A stretch of DNA of 63,908 bases, counting the filler, from an uncultured Methanosarcinales archaeon (GTDB taxonomy: Archaea > Nanobdellota > Nanobdellia > Woesearchaeales > JACPBV01), in NCBI GenBank assembly GCA_964492935.1. It is 3 parts of 3 records of this genome, joined end to end, with 100 filler letters (N's around TTAATTAATTAA, not from the genome) between each part and the next. Parts side by side here need not be neighbours in the genome. Positions count along the whole stretch, not along the records: positions 52,382 to 63,908 come from CAZBLF010000034.1; 2 more parts are not named here. One strand, 5' to 3'. The number at the start of each line of letters is the position of its first letter. The stretch's first letter is position 1. Made by a program: the position numbers and the translations under genes. Shown one piece after another: positions 55,543-63,908 of this stretch. The notes below the pieces were generated by a model. The model was not told where the DNA came from, made no database searches, and saw nothing but the letters and a program-made list of their open reading frames with translations.

Positions 55543-56538
55543 GAACCAGAAATCTCTTTCTTTAACAATTTCATTACCTACATCATCAACAATCGTAATA
55601 ATCCCAGCAGCGTCTCGTGTTAAGGTAACACCCACACCCCCCACCGTATCTGAAATCACCGATTCAGCAATCAAATCCTTCTCCTGATACGCCTTATACG
55701 TTCCTTTAACTTCAATCCCAAACACCACCGTCTTCGCATGAATTCGATCATCTTCCTCCTCAACCGAAAAGAACAAAAAGCTATCCTCATAATACGAACC
55801 ATACGGATCTCGACCATAGGCTCTCGACATACCCGTATCCTGATTCAACACCAAAGCATCGGCATGCAATGACTTAAAATCTCTCCAAACCACCGTATCC
55901 ACAGAAACCTCAGTTAATTCAGTTCCCACCAAGTCTCCAACAATCGCCTTCCCATCAATCTGCTGCCAGTAGGTATCCGTAACATCGTCATACATCACCA
56001 AATTCGAGTTATACAACTTACCTGACGTCCCAAACCGAGCAACCGTAATCTCTCCATCAACAACAATCCGTCTATCATACGCAATACCGCTTCCACAAAG
56101 AGGACAATACGTCACCGCAATCGGATCCCCACCAATAATATCGTTAGCAATCTCGTGCCACACCATAATCTGCAAGGGATATACTTTCTTCTCACCGTTA
56201 TTGATAACAACTAATACTAATTCAGTATCCCCAATAAATGCCGATGCATCCGCAACCGAAACAAAGTTCAAATTATCAATATCTAAAGCAGGAATGCCTC
56301 TATCCACCCCAATCCCTCCTTTAGGAGGTCCACCACTCCGAATCTTATCAGGATTAACAATAAATTTCACTCCAGCATCGGTAACCCAAATCTTATCGGT
56401 AACCGTTTTCAACTCCCCAACAGCACTACCCGCATCGCTACTCTCTACCACACGCTCAGCTGACGAAACAGGCTCCTGACTAGTACACCCATACAAGAAT
56501 ACCAACAACAAAACCGAAAGAGCTATTTGTTTGTTCAT
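55492..56538 (-). CDS. DUF3179-domain lipoprotein
   Basis: Lipobox LYGC; SGGPPK..IPAL, WHEIAND, TYCPLCGSG, GTSGKLYNSNLVMYD, FWFAWYAFHP. Confidence 0.88.
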   Translation of the reverse strand: MNKQIALSVLLLVFLYGCTSQEPVSSAERVVESSDAGSAVGELKTVTDKIWVTDAGVKFIVNPDKIRSGGPPKGGIGVDRGIPALDIDNLNFVSVADASAFIGDTELVLVVINNGEKKVYPLQIMVWHEIANDIIGGDPIAVTYCPLCGSGIAYDRRIVVDGEITVARFGTSGKLYNSNLVMYDDVTDTYWQQIDGKAIVGDLVGTELTEVSVDTVVWRDFKSLHADALVLNQDTGMSRAYGRDPYGSYYEDSFLFFSVEEEDDRIHAKTVVFGIEVKGTYKAYQEKDLIAESVISDTVGGVGVTLTRDAAGIITIVDDVGNEIVKERDFWFAWYAFHPSTGLYGVAE

Positions 56539-56600
56539 ACCCCAATAAACGCACCAACTCTATTTATAAGTTCTCTTTCACCCTCAAAACAAACCCTGAG

Positions 56601-57116
56601 TCACAAAACTTCGTAAGAAAGAATCTTTTTCAACTTCTCAGCATCCGGAACCAATTCCTCTAATGCACCACCAGCAATCGTCTTACCACCCGACTTCAAA
56701 TAAGACGCATACTGCCTAACAGATTCCGCATCATCAACATCAATCATATGATTCAGCAAAAACCACAAGTTCAACTTCTCACCATACTCCTTACAACTCA
56801 TAGAAATCTTACAATGCAACGGCTTCACCACATGCACACTGCATTTACCCTCAACAAAAAAACTACAAACACCATACGGCTTATTATCAGCACGAATCAA
56901 TTTGGGACGAAATTTCTGAAGATGAAACAACTCAACTTCTTCCAAATGTTTTTTCTTCAACTCCTCCTCAGAAACCTTCAAAAAAGCAGCCATCGGTTGT
57001 ACATCAGCATCCGCCAAGAACCCAGAACCCATAGAACAACCATGCGAGCAAGCTGAACATTTACAAGCAGGCGCCAATGAAAGTATTTCCTTTTGAGAAG
57101 TTGCTCTAGTAATCAT
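56601..57116 (-). CDS. YkgJ-like cysteine-cluster (Zn/Fe-chelating) protein
   Basis: CKCSACSHGC, CSFF...CSVH..KP..C. Confidence 0.75.
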   Translation of the reverse strand: MITRATSQKEILSLAPACKCSACSHGCSMGSGFLADADVQPMAAFLKVSEEELKKKHLEEVELFHLQKFRPKLIRADNKPYGVCSFFVEGKCSVHVVKPLHCKISMSCKEYGEKLNLWFLLNHMIDVDDAESVRQYASYLKSGGKTIAGGALEELVPDAEKLKKILSYEVL

Positions 57117-57140
57117 GAAAACTGATACGTGTGCAAGAAT

Positions 57141-57827
57141 TTAAGCCTTTGCAATAAAATCGGCAATCTCAGATTCGGAATGGGGGATAACTACTTCCAA
57201 ATTCGGTAATTCAGACGCAACGGGAAGTTCCTGTTGACTATGAGTTAGCTCGATAACCTGATCATTCACCATAGGACGTTCAGGATTCGAATTATATCTA
57301 TCAAGTGAAACATCTAGCCCGGGATCAAGATATACCAACGTTTTTGGAGATGCTAGAAGATCAAATGAAGAATCTTTGACCTCGATCATTTCAAGATAAG
57401 AAGAAAATAAGGCTTGCCTCATTACTTTATTGAGCAACAGCGTTTCAATTACGGGAGTTTTATCCGAGTCATCAGCGAGACGATCAACAATATGTGAACT
57501 CACAACCTGTTGAAGCATAATCATCCAAATCTGAGGACCCTGCCTAGAGAATTCCGACTGTAACGCTTTGTACTTAGCTCCCAAGTCATACGAATCCAAC
57601 TGAGAGATATCCATCCCGCAGTTCGTAATCATCTGAGGATAGAAACTCGCAAGAGCCGTAAAAAACAGATTAGGATCATTCTCCACCCTATCATGCAAAT
57701 CGTCAACGACAAGAGGGAGATACCGATCAGGGTGCTTTGAAGAGAGCTCTCGCACCAGACTACTCTTACCAGAGTAAGGAATTCCTCCTACCAGCAGGAT
57801 GGGAGTTGTGCTCTGTTCAGGAACCAT
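57141..57827 (-). CDS. P-loop NTPase/kinase of unknown specificity
   Basis: LLVGGIPYSGKSS Walker A motif. Confidence 0.65.
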   Translation of the reverse strand: MVPEQSTTPILLVGGIPYSGKSSLVRELSSKHPDRYLPLVVDDLHDRVENDPNLFFTALASFYPQMITNCGMDISQLDSYDLGAKYKALQSEFSRQGPQIWMIMLQQVVSSHIVDRLADDSDKTPVIETLLLNKVMRQALFSSYLEMIEVKDSSFDLLASPKTLVYLDPGLDVSLDRYNSNPERPMVNDQVIELTHSQQELPVASELPNLEVVIPHSESEIADFIAKA

Positions 57828-57903
57828 ACTCTCAAGAATACGTTTCGCTATAAAAATCCACCTAACTTTATATAGCTACAAAACAAAAACCAGATATAAA
57901 TAA

Positions 57904-58797
57904 TTAACGAAAATGAGAATAGGCAACCGAAGCTCCCAGTAGCCCTACATGTTCATTCCTAATGAGGTATATTGGAATCGACCGCAGGGTCTTTTGTAAT
58001 GGGCCGCGTCGAAACTCTTTCTTGAAGTCAGCTCCAAACAACCAAGGATGTTTCACAGCTATCCCTCCAGCAAGATACAATCCACCCGTACATAAGGTTT
58101 CCAAGGCGAAATTTCTACATGCCCGAGCATACACGGAAACAAAAAGAGCAACCGTCTTCTTACCTGCAGCACTCTTACGAAAGGAAAAAACCTCGGAAGC
58201 ATCTACCTTTTTGCCAGAAAAAAATTCAAATATTAAAGAAAGACCCTTACCACTTAACACATCCTCGTACACTAACTCTCTCTTCTTTCTCTTCATTAGA
58301 AAAGCACGAATCTTTGAATGATCTAAAACAAGATCTGCATGCCCTCCCTCAGAAGCTAACGGAACATACCTACCAGACGAGTAAGTCAGAATGCTCTTTC
58401 CAAGACCAGTACCAGCCCCCATCACCGCTTTGGTACCATGCCTCACCTGAACTCCCTTCTGGATGACATGTACATCCCTATCCCTTAACAGATTCACCCC
58501 AAAACCGAGAGAGGCAAAATCATTCAGCAACACCACGTCTTTTAGACCAGTTCTCCGCATAATTTCATGAGCATCAACCACAAGATCAGCATTCGTCATC
58601 TCAACACGATTGCGCACAACAGGCCCAGCAACCGCCAAACAACACTGAGTAGCAGAAACAGAGGTAAGATACTCTTTCAACAAAGAAATAAAATCGCTAC
58701 TACAGGGCGTACACATCGAGCGAACCTTTTTCAATCCATGGTCATAAATACCAAAGCGCGCATTCGTACCGCCAATATCCCCTACAAGAAGAGCCAT
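57904..58797 (-). CDS. glk: Glucokinase, bacterial Glk type
   Basis: GDIGGTNARF, AVAGPV, NDF, GAGTGLG, SEGGH, E.VLSG.GL, GGLYLAGGI. Confidence 0.93.
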   Translation of the reverse strand: MALLVGDIGGTNARFGIYDHGLKKVRSMCTPCSSDFISLLKEYLTSVSATQCCLAVAGPVVRNRVEMTNADLVVDAHEIMRRTGLKDVVLLNDFASLGFGVNLLRDRDVHVIQKGVQVRHGTKAVMGAGTGLGKSILTYSSGRYVPLASEGGHADLVLDHSKIRAFLMKRKKRELVYEDVLSGKGLSLIFEFFSGKKVDASEVFSFRKSAAGKKTVALFVSVYARACRNFALETLCTGGLYLAGGIAVKHPWLFGADFKKEFRRGPLQKTLRSIPIYLIRNEHVGLLGASVAYSHFR

Positions 58798-58867
58798 AAG
58801 TCCATATCTGCAATCATCCTATAATAATATTTGCTTTACAAATACAAATAACCATTGCACCAGGCAT

Positions 58868-60673
58868 CTACGTTTTGATTCGTGGCAAACACACCGGACG
58901 CCGAGCACCCTGTCCACTTAACAAAATAGCAGTCGTCAACAAAGAAAGATGAGTATATGCCTGCGGAAAATTACCTACTAATTCACCGGTTGCCAGATCA
59001 ATATCCTCCGAAAATAATCCAAGATGGTTAGAATATTGGATGACTGAATTAAAATACCGTTCAGCTTTCTTCTTCTGCCCCGAACGATACAAAGCATCAA
59101 TGAACCAGAACGTACAGACAGAAAATGAATTCACCGGCTTTCCAAAGTCATCTTTTATAGTATAGCGCATCACCAATCCTTTCTTACAGAGCTCTTTTTC
59201 AATCGCATCTATCGTAGATTTCATGCGCTTATCCTTTGCATCCAAAAAGCCATAGTAAGGCATCAACAACACACTCGCATCCAAACTCTCACTACCGTAA
59301 GACATAGTAAAGGCTTTCTTCCTAACACTCCAAGCTTTCTTCAGAATGCTCTCCTTGATCTCGTCACGATGACGTTTCCAATCATCAAAAGGAGCTTTCT
59401 TCTTGAAAAACAAACCCAGCTCAATTGCCTTCTCTAACGCAACCCAACACATCAATTTAGAATGCGTAAAATGCTTCTTCTTCCCTCTAAATTCCCAAAT
59501 GCCTTGGTCGGTATCCCTCCAATGGCGAATAACATACGCCACAAGTCGTCGGACAAGTTTCCATGCCGCAGCATCAAGCTTCTTGACATAGGTATAATGG
59601 ACATAAAATTTATGAATCGTATCAATAACCTCCCCCGGAACATCTATCTGACTCTGCTTATAGGCTGAATTCCCTATGCGCACCGGCTTCGAGTGCATAT
59701 ACCCTGCTAAATGATTAAGTGTTCGCTCCCGAAGATCCCGCTCACCCTCAACCCCATACATGATGTGCAGGTCCGCCATGTCAGATCCCTTGAGGAGGGG
59801 CAGCGCCACCTTTCTCAAAAAGCGCATATAATCCTGGGCCTCATCAAAATGACAAATCCGAGTAAAAGCATTGATAGTAAACGAACTATCCCTCAACCAA
59901 CAGTACCGATAATCATACGTCCTCGACGATCCGACAACTTCGGGAAGCGAAGTAGTTGCTGCCGCGACGATTGCACCACTCCGGTCATACGTAAGCAACT
60001 TAAGCGCCAATGCCGAGCGGATAGCAGCATCCCGTTGTAACGTAGGCCATGTAGCTCTGTCAACAAAATCCTGCCAGTACGCAAGAGTAAGGCGTAAATT
60101 CCTCTTAATATACGGCAACCCCGTCTGCGAGACATGCTCTCCCAGTCCCACAATAAAGTAAGAATCATCCGTCAACGTAACCGGTTTACCCTCTAATATT
60201 TCTTGTTCATCAAAACTCGAGCATAAGGACAAGAATCCTCGAGCATGCCGTGCAACAATATGTCCTCGCTCATGTTTAAAGGCAGTCTTTCCTCGCGCAT
60301 AATCAAGGCGTGGACTAAAACCAACCATCACCTGCGGTTTTCCTGAATGAACCTCAATCAAACGGTAGATTTTATTATCTCTCATCAACTTCCCCTTTTT
60401 CCGGTAGCGACAAAAGAAATCAATCACCGAGAAAGTACCATCTCTACACGTAAAACTGGTCTTCAATACATTCGTCTCCGCAACATATGACTGACTAGCC
60501 GTATAGGCATGCACAGGAGTTAAAGAAAAGTGACCTCCCTTTTCCTCATCCAAAAGCTTGGCAAAAACACTAGGGCTATCAAATCGGGGAAAACAACACC
60601 AATCAATACTCCCCTCCCTGCTAATCAAAGCAGCAGTCTTACAATTACCAATAATCCCATAGTCCAAGCCCAT
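58868..60673 (-). CDS. Glycoside hydrolase family 15 (trehalase-like)
   Basis: IDWCCFPRFDSPSVF, AAATTSLPE, DYRYCWLRD, GIWE.R, GLFSEDID, GNFPQAYTH. Confidence 0.93.
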   Translation of the reverse strand: MGLDYGIIGNCKTAALISREGSIDWCCFPRFDSPSVFAKLLDEEKGGHFSLTPVHAYTASQSYVAETNVLKTSFTCRDGTFSVIDFFCRYRKKGKLMRDNKIYRLIEVHSGKPQVMVGFSPRLDYARGKTAFKHERGHIVARHARGFLSLCSSFDEQEILEGKPVTLTDDSYFIVGLGEHVSQTGLPYIKRNLRLTLAYWQDFVDRATWPTLQRDAAIRSALALKLLTYDRSGAIVAAATTSLPEVVGSSRTYDYRYCWLRDSSFTINAFTRICHFDEAQDYMRFLRKVALPLLKGSDMADLHIMYGVEGERDLRERTLNHLAGYMHSKPVRIGNSAYKQSQIDVPGEVIDTIHKFYVHYTYVKKLDAAAWKLVRRLVAYVIRHWRDTDQGIWEFRGKKKHFTHSKLMCWVALEKAIELGLFFKKKAPFDDWKRHRDEIKESILKKAWSVRKKAFTMSYGSESLDASVLLMPYYGFLDAKDKRMKSTIDAIEKELCKKGLVMRYTIKDDFGKPVNSFSVCTFWFIDALYRSGQKKKAERYFNSVIQYSNHLGLFSEDIDLATGELVGNFPQAYTHLSLLTTAILLSGQGARRPVCLPRIKT

Positions 60674-60714
60674 AACAAAAAATCAGCAAAGCGACTTTAA
60701 TAATATTGCGGAAA

Positions 60715-62901
60715 TCACAACAGCTTGTGCAACAACGACAGGACATCAACATAGTTAACAACACGATAACGAGCCTTAGACTGTCCAGGGCGCACCTTAA
60801 TAGTATATGCACGCTCCGGAACCTGTTCAAAAACATCCTCATCCGTAGCGTCATCGCCAAGCGCAAGGATAAATTCGGGATCTCCAGAAAGCCACGGTTC
60901 GAGGGCCTGACCCTTATGAATACCAGACGGTTTAATTTCAAGCACGCGATTTCCCTCAAGCAACTGCAGATCAAAATTACTAAGAAGTGCCAACAACAAA
61001 GCCTTCAACGCTGCCAACCGTACCGAAGCAAGTCCAGAATCCACCTCACGATAATGCCAGGCTAGGGAAAAGTGCTTCTCCTCAATAAACGAACCAGGAG
61101 TTCGATCACAATAACCTTGAAGAAGTCCACGAACAAAATCCTTCCAATCATCTGAACGAGACGAAAAACACTCCCAAGAACCATCAGGTTTCTTAGTCCA
61201 GGCTCCATGTTCAGCAATAAGTGCAACACCCATCTTACCAAAATGTTCATCTAAGAAGTTCCTATCTCTCCCACTAATCAAGACGACCGTAGCAGTTGAG
61301 CGCAACGATTTCAAAAGGGTAATCAACTCAGCGTCAGGTGTAGCAAGGAGGGGATCTTTTGAAAAAGGAACCAACGTACCGTCATAATCGAGAATCACCA
61401 ATCGATTCTGCGATGACCGAAAATCAGTAATCAGCTGCAATTCTTTCTCTGGACTCAATAACAAAGAGGACAAAGAGGCCTGCTCCGCTTTTGCACCATT
61501 CAAACCTGCCAAAAACTGTTCAGCCCATCGTTGAGAGGTAAATCGTTCAAGGCGTTTTCTCATGACGCTCATTCCAGCAATCTGTTCCTGTACCGGCATC
61601 GTAAGTGCAGTATACAATGCATCCGCAACCTCCTGTAGGTTATGAGGATTCACCAATAATGCCTCCCCAAGATCTTTCGCACTCCCTGCCATCTCACTCA
61701 GAATAAGTACACCTTTATTGCGCTCTCGACTTGCAACAAATTCCTTAGCAATAAGATTCATCCCATCTCTCTCGGGTGTGACCAAAGCAACATCTGCAGC
61801 AGAGTACAATCCCAAAAGCTTTTCAAAAGGCAAAGAATCATACATATAAACCACGGGAGTCCATTCCAAGGAACCATACTTTCCATTAATAAGCCCCACC
61901 ATCCGATCGAGTTCTCGTTTCAAGGAGGCATATTCAGGTACTTTTGTTCGTGAAGGCACAGCCACCAAGATAAGGGAAACCTTGCCAACAAACTCAGGGT
62001 GGTGAGACAGAAAGCAATCATAGGCAAGCAATCGAGCTACCACCCCTTTAGAATAATCAAGTCGATCCACCGAGAGAATCAAAGAACGATTACCGATCTG
62101 CTTCTTAATCCGAGCACATTCTGCTGTAACAGAATCCTCTTTGAGTTGACGCTGAATATCCTCGAAGTCAATCCCTAGTGGAAAACTATCCGTCTTCACA
62201 ACTCTCTTATCCGTAGAAAGCAATCCAAGCGTATGATCATGCCCCAACAACTGACGAACACTCTCCAGAAAATGACCCACATAATCATAATTGTGGAATC
62301 CAACTAAGTCCGCACCCAGAAGACCCTCCAGAATCTCCTTACGATAGGGAAGTCTCCGAAACAATTCGAAGGAGGGAAAGGGAATATGCAGAAAAAAGCC
62401 AATCGTTGCTTTTGGAAGCCGCTCCCGAAGAAGTCCGGGCAAGAGCATCAAATGGTAATCATGAATCCAGATAATATCGCCCTCCTGATAGTGCTCCAAC
62501 ACCACATCCCTAAACTGCTCGGTAACTCGCTTCGCAGCTTTCCACCAAGACTGCTTATACTGAACATATTGGGGAAAGTAATGAAACAACGGCCAAAGGG
62601 TGTTATTGGAAAATCCATGATAGTACTCGTCGATATCTTTCGATGAAAGAGCAACCCCCCTACATTGGTGTTGCACCAGCAGCTCCTCAACGTCGTTCTC
62701 TTTTCCCTCAAGGTGTTCTCGTGCAACACCATTCCATCCAATCCAAAGAGGTGAAGCATCACTATACAAGGAACGAAGCCCAGAAACAAGACCTCCAATC
62801 GAAGGCGTAACAGAAAGTGAAGGTTTTTCAACTACCGTAACAGGAAGTCGATTCGATACAAGAAGTACTCTGCCAGTAATTACGATGGTAAACGCCTTCA
62901 A
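60715..62901 (-). CDS. Bifunctional trehalose-6-phosphate synthase/phosphatase (TPSP, OtsA-OtsB fusion)
   Basis: [38 protein letters not shown], then HAD LDYDGTL and GDD.TDED; exact start uncertain. Confidence 0.95.
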   Translation of the reverse strand: MKAFTIVITGRVLLVSNRLPVTVVEKPSLSVTPSIGGLVSGLRSLYSDASPLWIGWNGVAREHLEGKENDVEELLVQHQCRGVALSSKDIDEYYHGFSNNTLWPLFHYFPQYVQYKQSWWKAAKRVTEQFRDVVLEHYQEGDIIWIHDYHLMLLPGLLRERLPKATIGFFLHIPFPSFELFRRLPYRKEILEGLLGADLVGFHNYDYVGHFLESVRQLLGHDHTLGLLSTDKRVVKTDSFPLGIDFEDIQRQLKEDSVTAECARIKKQIGNRSLILSVDRLDYSKGVVARLLAYDCFLSHHPEFVGKVSLILVAVPSRTKVPEYASLKRELDRMVGLINGKYGSLEWTPVVYMYDSLPFEKLLGLYSAADVALVTPERDGMNLIAKEFVASRERNKGVLILSEMAGSAKDLGEALLVNPHNLQEVADALYTALTMPVQEQIAGMSVMRKRLERFTSQRWAEQFLAGLNGAKAEQASLSSLLLSPEKELQLITDFRSSQNRLVILDYDGTLVPFSKDPLLATPDAELITLLKSLRSTATVVLISGRDRNFLDEHFGKMGVALIAEHGAWTKKPDGSWECFSSRSDDWKDFVRGLLQGYCDRTPGSFIEEKHFSLAWHYREVDSGLASVRLAALKALLLALLSNFDLQLLEGNRVLEIKPSGIHKGQALEPWLSGDPEFILALGDDATDEDVFEQVPERAYTIKVRPGQSKARYRVVNYVDVLSLLHKLL

Positions 62902-63152
62902 AAAGAGAACAGAAGCATCTATTTATAGATACCGAAACCAGAATCCCTCACCAGAGCATCCATAGATTTTGAGCAGCTAACTTGAGAAAAACCAAAGAAC
63001 TAGTAACCATTAAAATGCCGGCAAAAGTTAGTGTTTCTGAGCGATGCAAAAACAGGTTTCAGCAGACGTGAGACATGCGCAAAGGGATAGACCAAACTCC
63101 CCTCATCGAGAGGAGCAGCTCTTTTCTGTAAGAAGTAATAAGAAATCCCCCA

Positions 63153-63788
63153 CTAAACCAAATCCCGAACAAATCCCTCACGCTCTCCCTTCCTCAACGA
63201 CTCAATCTTTGCTTGCATCCCCTCTCTACTCTGATCTACCTCAGCTTGAAAGGAAAGATACGCCTGAACAAGAGAACTCTGACAGAGGTCGCCAGCAGCA
63301 TTTTCAGATGTAACCTCCAACGGAGGAGCAACTATAATGCGCTCACCCAGAGTGAGGTACAGCTTTTCGAGAGCCGATTCCACCTGACCAAGTTCAAAAA
63401 GAAGGTCTCGTTTAATTCTGTCCAGGAAGGGAGCCTCTCCGACCGCAACAGACTTAGCGATAGCAGCTTCAACAAAAGAGCGTCGGGGCCCATATCTCAC
63501 CAAAAGAGCAACCTCCAAAGGCCCTTTACTGGAAAGGTTTCCCTCAGTAACATCCTCAATAAGCCGGTGAATCTCAGAGTCAAGATACTCTGGGTGTGAA
63601 ACGCGTGAACAGGAAAGGTCAATCAAGTATCGTTCCAGAAGATGAGGATCATGAATTCGCTTCGGATCTGATGAGTTAAAAAGGGCAGTATGGAATGATC
63701 GAAGTGCTTCAACATTCTCCAGTCCCCCTCCATCCAAATTCCCAGAGGGCTCTACTCGGTCATTAAGATCCTCGAAGTCTTCACTCAT
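63153..63788 (-). CDS. Hypothetical protein
   Basis: ORF from ATG 63788 preceded by a GGTGGTGA RBS. Confidence 0.55.
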   Translation of the reverse strand: MSEDFEDLNDRVEPSGNLDGGGLENVEALRSFHTALFNSSDPKRIHDPHLLERYLIDLSCSRVSHPEYLDSEIHRLIEDVTEGNLSSKGPLEVALLVRYGPRRSFVEAAIAKSVAVGEAPFLDRIKRDLLFELGQVESALEKLYLTLGERIIVAPPLEVTSENAAGDLCQSSLVQAYLSFQAEVDQSREGMQAKIESLRKGEREGFVRDLV

Positions 63789-63908
63789 GTAGTCACCACC
63801 ACTCAAGAACTCATCCAAACTTAAAAAACTAACTATTGCTTCCGATGATGCACTAATCCATACAAACCAACCAACGCCCAAGTAAAATTCAAAACCACGA
63901 ACGGCATA

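Noticed and set aside
1..63908. Switch from a G/T-rich to a C/A-rich plus strand near 26.8 kb as a possible replication origin or terminus
   Set aside because: The switch coincides with the artificial linker, so it reflects contig orientation
1..63908. CRISPR array, rRNA, integrase, or phage/plasmid genes
   Set aside because: No regularly spaced repeats, rRNA-like sequence or recognisable mobile-element proteins were found

Overview
Archaeal genome-bin sequence, most consistent with a DPANN lineage such as Woesearchaeota (inference from archaeal ribosomal, RNAP, PolB and aaRS genes, TATA promoters, BHB tRNA introns and many orphan ORFs). The window is three contigs (1-26777, 26878-52281, 52382-63908) joined by artificial N/TTAATTAATTAA linkers, so adjacency across the gaps is not real. 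Contig 1 carries ppdK, truD, adk, polB, metK, apt/mtnP, proS and the start of an A/V-type ATP synthase operon whose c subunit has at least 3 hairpins. Contig 2 carries leuS, the S13-S4-S11-rpoD-tRNA-Leu-L18e-L13-S9-rpoN cluster, a complete trpEGDCF-orf-BA-trpS operon, an MgtE-N/Nramp pair, ABCE1 and glmS. Contig 3 carries a DoxX/CuA/thioredoxin-like/DUF3179 cluster and a TPSP-GH15-glucokinase trehalose module. Five tRNAs are present, three with introns. The most unusual signal is non-coding: both tRNA-Thr genes, on different contigs, are preceded by an isoacceptor-specific duplicate of their own 5' end fused to an identical 35-nt hairpin element, and a similar duplicate-plus-hairpin arrangement sits at the 3' end of the DUF3179 gene. 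This suggests a small hairpin mobile element or structured pre-tRNA leader system that leaves its target gene intact. Other notable points: an ABCE1 lacking all four ligands of one Fe-S cluster, a LeuRS with an altered editing site, a shared operator-like 18-mer upstream of a PhoU-type regulator and the ATP synthase operon, and candidate structured RNAs.
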